From positions 32,001 through 96,000 of the forward strand of contig CAWGAA010000003.1 of the NCBI GenBank assembly GCA_963820525.1: a stretch of DNA of 64,000 bases, given 5' to 3'. Position numbers and translations under genes: made by a program. This document shows, piece after piece, positions 60,688 to 64,000 of this stretch. Every line of letters starts with the position of its first letter. The first letter of the stretch is position 1. Origin of the DNA: an uncultured Spirochaetota bacterium. Lineage in GTDB: Bacteria > Spirochaetota > Spirochaetia > SZUA-6 > Fen-1364. Under the pieces are notes generated by a model. It saw only the letters and a list, made by a program, of their open reading frames with translations, had not been told where the DNA came from and did not search any database.

Positions 60688-61407
60688 TTATCGGCGCTGG
60701 GGATCGCCGCGGCTTTCCGGGGATCCAGCTCGCGTCATGCCGAGGAGGGCGGTCCCCAGAAACCAGAGAATCGTCGTGAAGAAAACGGCCCATTCCACGG
60801 CGGCAAGGGGCCAGAACGCCGGCCTGTGGGAAAACGCTCCCGGGTCCAGCGGATTCAGGCCCCCGGGAGTCTTCACGGAAGCCATGATCAGAAAGGCGGC
60901 GTAGGCCGCGGCGGCGGGAAAGCTGAATATCGCGGCCGCCTTGTGGAGACGGGCGGCGCCGCGCCTCTGCGCCAGGATCGCAATCCCGAAGAACAGCACG
61001 GTTGCCAGGCCGAGCCGGAAGAACCACATGGCGGAAAAAATGTGCGGCCCGAGGTTGTTCATGGGGAACAGACCAACCGCGGAGCAGAATACCCCCGCGC
61101 CCGCCGCCGCGGCCATGCCGAGGTAGGCGGCCGCGTTGCGGATCCGCAGGCCGAGACCGACGGCGTAGGGGATGAAAAGGAGCCCCGAGACCATCATGCC
61201 GGCATTGAAGAGCCATGCGCCGCGGGAGACCCCGATGCGGCCGAGCTCCGAGATGAAGTGGTTGGAAAGCGAGTAGCCTTCGCCGCCCCTGCCCTGGAAT
61301 ACAAGCGCGGTGGCGAAAACGGCAAGGCATGACAGGACGCTTCCCGCCGCCCCAAGATACGCAGAAACCTCGATGAACCCCGCGGCAAACGCCGAGTCTT
61401 CCTTCAT
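60688..61407 (-). CDS. DUF998-like membrane protein
   Basis: YS..NHFISELG; FNAGM; VGLFP...H; multiple TM segments. Confidence 0.7.
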   Translation of the reverse strand: MKEDSAFAAGFIEVSAYLGAAGSVLSCLAVFATALVFQGRGGEGYSLSNHFISELGRIGVSRGAWLFNAGMMVSGLLFIPYAVGLGLRIRNAAAYLGMAAAAGAGVFCSAVGLFPMNNLGPHIFSAMWFFRLGLATVLFFGIAILAQRRGAARLHKAAAIFSFPAAAAYAAFLIMASVKTPGGLNPLDPGAFSHRPAFWPLAAVEWAVFFTTILWFLGTALLGMTRAGSPESRGDPQRR

Positions 61408-61490
61408 GGCTGCTCCATCCCTTCAAAAGATACACCATCCGCCTCTGGCATGAAAACCGGTCCGGCGCTACAGTATCACCCGGAGAGTCC

Positions 61491-61802
61491 GTGAGCATCT
61501 TCGAGATCATCATGCTGGCCTGTTTCGGCGCGGCCTGGCCGTTCTCCATCTACAAGTCATGGAAAACCCGGCAGGTGGCGGGAAAAAGCCTTCCCTTCCT
61601 GCTCGTCCTTTTCGTGGGCTACATTGCGGGAATCCTGCACAAGCTGTTCTTCCGCTACGACCTCGTTATCTTTCTCTACATTCTCAACGCCGCCATGGTG
61701 GCCGCCGACATCGCTCTGTACCTGAGAAACCGTCTCTACCACGTGCGGCGGAGCCTCGCCGAAGCCCAGGATCAAGGCGGCGGGAAGAAGGGGGCATTGT
61801 GA
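61491..61802 (+). CDS. Small three-TM membrane protein (PQ-loop/SemiSWEET-like)
   Basis: FEIIMLACFGAAWPFSIYKS...GKS...GY..GILHK. Confidence 0.6.
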   Translation: MSIFEIIMLACFGAAWPFSIYKSWKTRQVAGKSLPFLLVLFVGYIAGILHKLFFRYDLVIFLYILNAAMVAADIALYLRNRLYHVRRSLAEAQDQGGGKKGAL

Positions 61803-62284
61803 GCGTCCTGATCGCCTACCGGTCGAAATACGGGGCCACCGCCGACTGCGCCCGCGCGCTTGCGGCCCGCATCCGCGTCCAGACGAAGCTCGCCGACCTT
61901 GCCCGCGACCGGCGTCCCGATGTGGCGGCCGCCGACGTTGTCCTGATCGGAGGGTCGATCTATGGAGGCAAGATTCAGAGGGAGGTCCCCGCGTTCTGCG
62001 ACCGCCAGCGCGAGCTTCTTCTCGCGCGGCCCGTGGGGCTTTTCATCTGCTGCCTCTACCGCGACGAGCATGCAATGGCACAGCTCTCATCGGCGTTTCC
62101 CGACTGGCTTCTCGCCCATGCGTTTGCGCGAAGCTGGTTGGGGGGAGAGATTCATCGCGACAGGCTAACCCTCTTCGACCGCGTTCTCATCCGAAGCTTG
62201 CCGCAGTCCATCCACGACATCGCCACCGTCCGTCGGGAGGCGATCGAGGAGCTTGCGGCGGCGGTCAACGCCCTGGGCCGGTGA
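61799..62284 (+). CDS. Flavodoxin-like protein (HemG/Flavodoxin_5 type)
   Basis: IAYRSKYGAT; VLIGGSIYGG; GLFICC. Confidence 0.85.
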   Translation: MSVLIAYRSKYGATADCARALAARIRVQTKLADLARDRRPDVAAADVVLIGGSIYGGKIQREVPAFCDRQRELLLARPVGLFICCLYRDEHAMAQLSSAFPDWLLAHAFARSWLGGEIHRDRLTLFDRVLIRSLPQSIHDIATVRREAIEELAAAVNALGR

Positions 62285-62329
62285 TAGGCTGGGGAGCGCC
62301 GGCCGTGAAAGAAACGGGCTTCCTGTGCT

Positions 62330-63175
62330 CTAGTTCGCTATCGTCGGATAAAGTCTCGCACCGATGGCTATGAGCAGAGTCGTGGCGCCAAGGAGCACCA
62401 GGATGTCCACGCCCGTCCCGTACGTGGATGTGCCGCCGGCCAGCATCAGCGCGCGCAGGGCATCGACCTGGTAGGTGAGAGGGTTGCCGCGCGATATCAC
62501 CTGCAGCCATCCCGGCATGATGGAAATGGGGTAGATGGCATTGCTGGCGAAAAACAGGGGCATGGTGAGGATCTGCCCGATTCCCATGAAGCGCTCCCGA
62601 GTCTTGACGAGGCAGGCGATGATGAGGGAGAAGGTCGAGAATAAGGCCGCGCCCAGAATCACGGTGAGCACCACGGCGGCGAGGGCGGCGGGGTTCCAGT
62701 TCATCCGCACGCCCATGAGCAGGGCGAGGATGTAGATGATGACTGCTTGCGCGAGCCCGCGGACCCCCGCGGAAAGCGCTTTACCCAGGACGAGGGCTGA
62801 GCGCGGCGTGGGGCTCACCAGGAACTTGTGAAGGATCCCCAGGTCCCGCTCCCAAATCACGGAGATCCCGTAGAAGATGGCGATGAAGAGCACGCTCTGG
62901 GAAAGGATGCCGGGGGCCATGAAGTCGATGTAGCGCATGCTCCCCGTGGGGATGGCGCGCACGCGGGTGAAGACCTGGCCGAAAACGAGCAGCCACAGCG
63001 CCGGCTGCACCGCCCGCGTGGCAAGCTCCGTGGGATCGTGGCGGAGCTTTCGCGCCTCGAGCTCCGCGATGGTGAGAGTGCGGCCGATGAAGCTGGCCAG
63101 GGCCTTGAATGGATTCCACCGCCGGGCGATCGGCTCAACCGAGGCGCCGAACAGCCCTTCGAGTTCTTCTGACAT
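62330..63175 (-). CDS. ABC-2 type permease (DrrB-like)
   Basis: QPALWLLVFG; FMAPGI; PLFFASNAIYP; NPLTYQVDALR. Confidence 0.92.
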   Translation of the reverse strand: MSEELEGLFGASVEPIARRWNPFKALASFIGRTLTIAELEARKLRHDPTELATRAVQPALWLLVFGQVFTRVRAIPTGSMRYIDFMAPGILSQSVLFIAIFYGISVIWERDLGILHKFLVSPTPRSALVLGKALSAGVRGLAQAVIIYILALLMGVRMNWNPAALAAVVLTVILGAALFSTFSLIIACLVKTRERFMGIGQILTMPLFFASNAIYPISIMPGWLQVISRGNPLTYQVDALRALMLAGGTSTYGTGVDILVLLGATTLLIAIGARLYPTIAN

Positions 63176-63941
63176 CGCGATAGCTCCCTCCGGATTCGAT
63201 ATTGTTTCCCGTGTAGTGGATGAAAACATCATCCAGCGTGGCCCCTTCCCGCTCGATCGAGGCTTTCAGCTCCCCCGGCGTCCCATGCGCCACCATCTTG
63301 CCCAGGTGCATGATCGCAACCCTGCTGCAGATGTTGTCGGCCTCCTCCATCAGGTGGGTGGTGAGGACAATGGTCATGCCGAGGCGCATTCGAAGCCGCT
63401 CGATGTGTTCCCAGACGGCGCGCCGCGCTGAGGGATCCAGGCCCACCGTCGGCTCGTCGAGGAACAGCACCCGGGGGTTGTGCAGCATCGATTGGGCGAT
63501 CTCCAGGCGGCGGATCATCCCCCCCGAGTACTGGCGGACCAGCTTGCCGCCCGAGTCCTCCAGGCCCATGAAGCGAAGCGCCCCCTCAACCCGCGCCCGC
63601 CGCTCCGATCGGGGAAGCTCGTAGAGCTTGGCGAAGATGAGCAGGTTCTCGTAGCCGGTGAGCGTCCCGTCCGCCGAGATCATCTGCGGGACATACCCGA
63701 TCAGCCTCCTCACCTGACGCGCCTGACGGGCCACATCGAAACCCGCAACGCGGGCCTTCCCCCCGGTGGGGGCGAGGAGCGTAGTGAGCATCTTGATGGT
63801 CGTTGTCTTTCCCGCGCCATTGGGGCCCAAAAGGCCGAACACCTCCCCCTCCTCTATCGAAATGGAGAGATGATCGACGGCGGTAAGGGAGCCGAACACG
63901 CGGGTGAGGCCTTCAGTTTCGAGGATTGCCATTCTTTTCAC
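63135..63941 (-). CDS. ABC-2 type ATP-binding protein (DrrA-like)
   Basis: GPNGAGKTT; YSGGMIRRLEIA; LDEPTVGLD; TTHLMEEA. Confidence 0.94.
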   Translation of the reverse strand: MKRMAILETEGLTRVFGSLTAVDHLSISIEEGEVFGLLGPNGAGKTTTIKMLTTLLAPTGGKARVAGFDVARQARQVRRLIGYVPQMISADGTLTGYENLLIFAKLYELPRSERRARVEGALRFMGLEDSGGKLVRQYSGGMIRRLEIAQSMLHNPRVLFLDEPTVGLDPSARRAVWEHIERLRMRLGMTIVLTTHLMEEADNICSRVAIMHLGKMVAHGTPGELKASIEREGATLDDVFIHYTGNNIESGGSYRDVRRTRRAVRRLG

Positions 63942-64000
63942 AATTCCTCCTCACCGGCATCGCGCGCGGGAAAGAGCGGCGAACGATCCATTGAGCACAA

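Overview
Bacterial chromosomal DNA of about 60-65% GC. It is probably from a spirochaete (Spirochaetota), inferred from solute-binding-protein N-termini such as LFAGGQK/LWAGGAGEK and from the gene repertoire. The left ~39 kb is a mosaic accessory region centred on an intact mercury-methylation locus, hgcA-hgcB (27737-29190). A frameshifted second hgcB (6402-6825) and an hgcA 3' fragment (2082-2235) lie further left. Three same-orientation copies of the oriIS end of an IS91/ISCR-like rolling-circle element sit at about 14661, 27225 and 39219. Cargo blocks are bracketed by duplicated gene ends (hgcB, and the 3' end of a DUF72 gene), an arrangement resembling ISCR-driven gene capture. The cargo includes two sugar-ABC/AraC clusters, a GH2 beta-glucuronidase, IS21 and IS256 debris, an IS21-derived MITE with a 5-bp target duplication, and a four-gene operon (beta-barrel OMP, Fn3x7+Kelch lipoprotein, TPR/coiled-coil/TM/HD-GYP protein, P-loop-less MinD/FleN-like protein). 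The right ~24 kb is mostly core: argR-argC-argB-argD-argG-argA with tandem ARG boxes, an RRM protein, lnt, tRNA-Pro(GGG), a SCO protein, a class V aminotransferase, ABC-2 exporters with a two-component system, and carbamate kinase. It also holds an orphan T4-gp19-like tail-tube gene carrying a Sec-type signal peptide. All family calls come from motif recognition; no database search was run.
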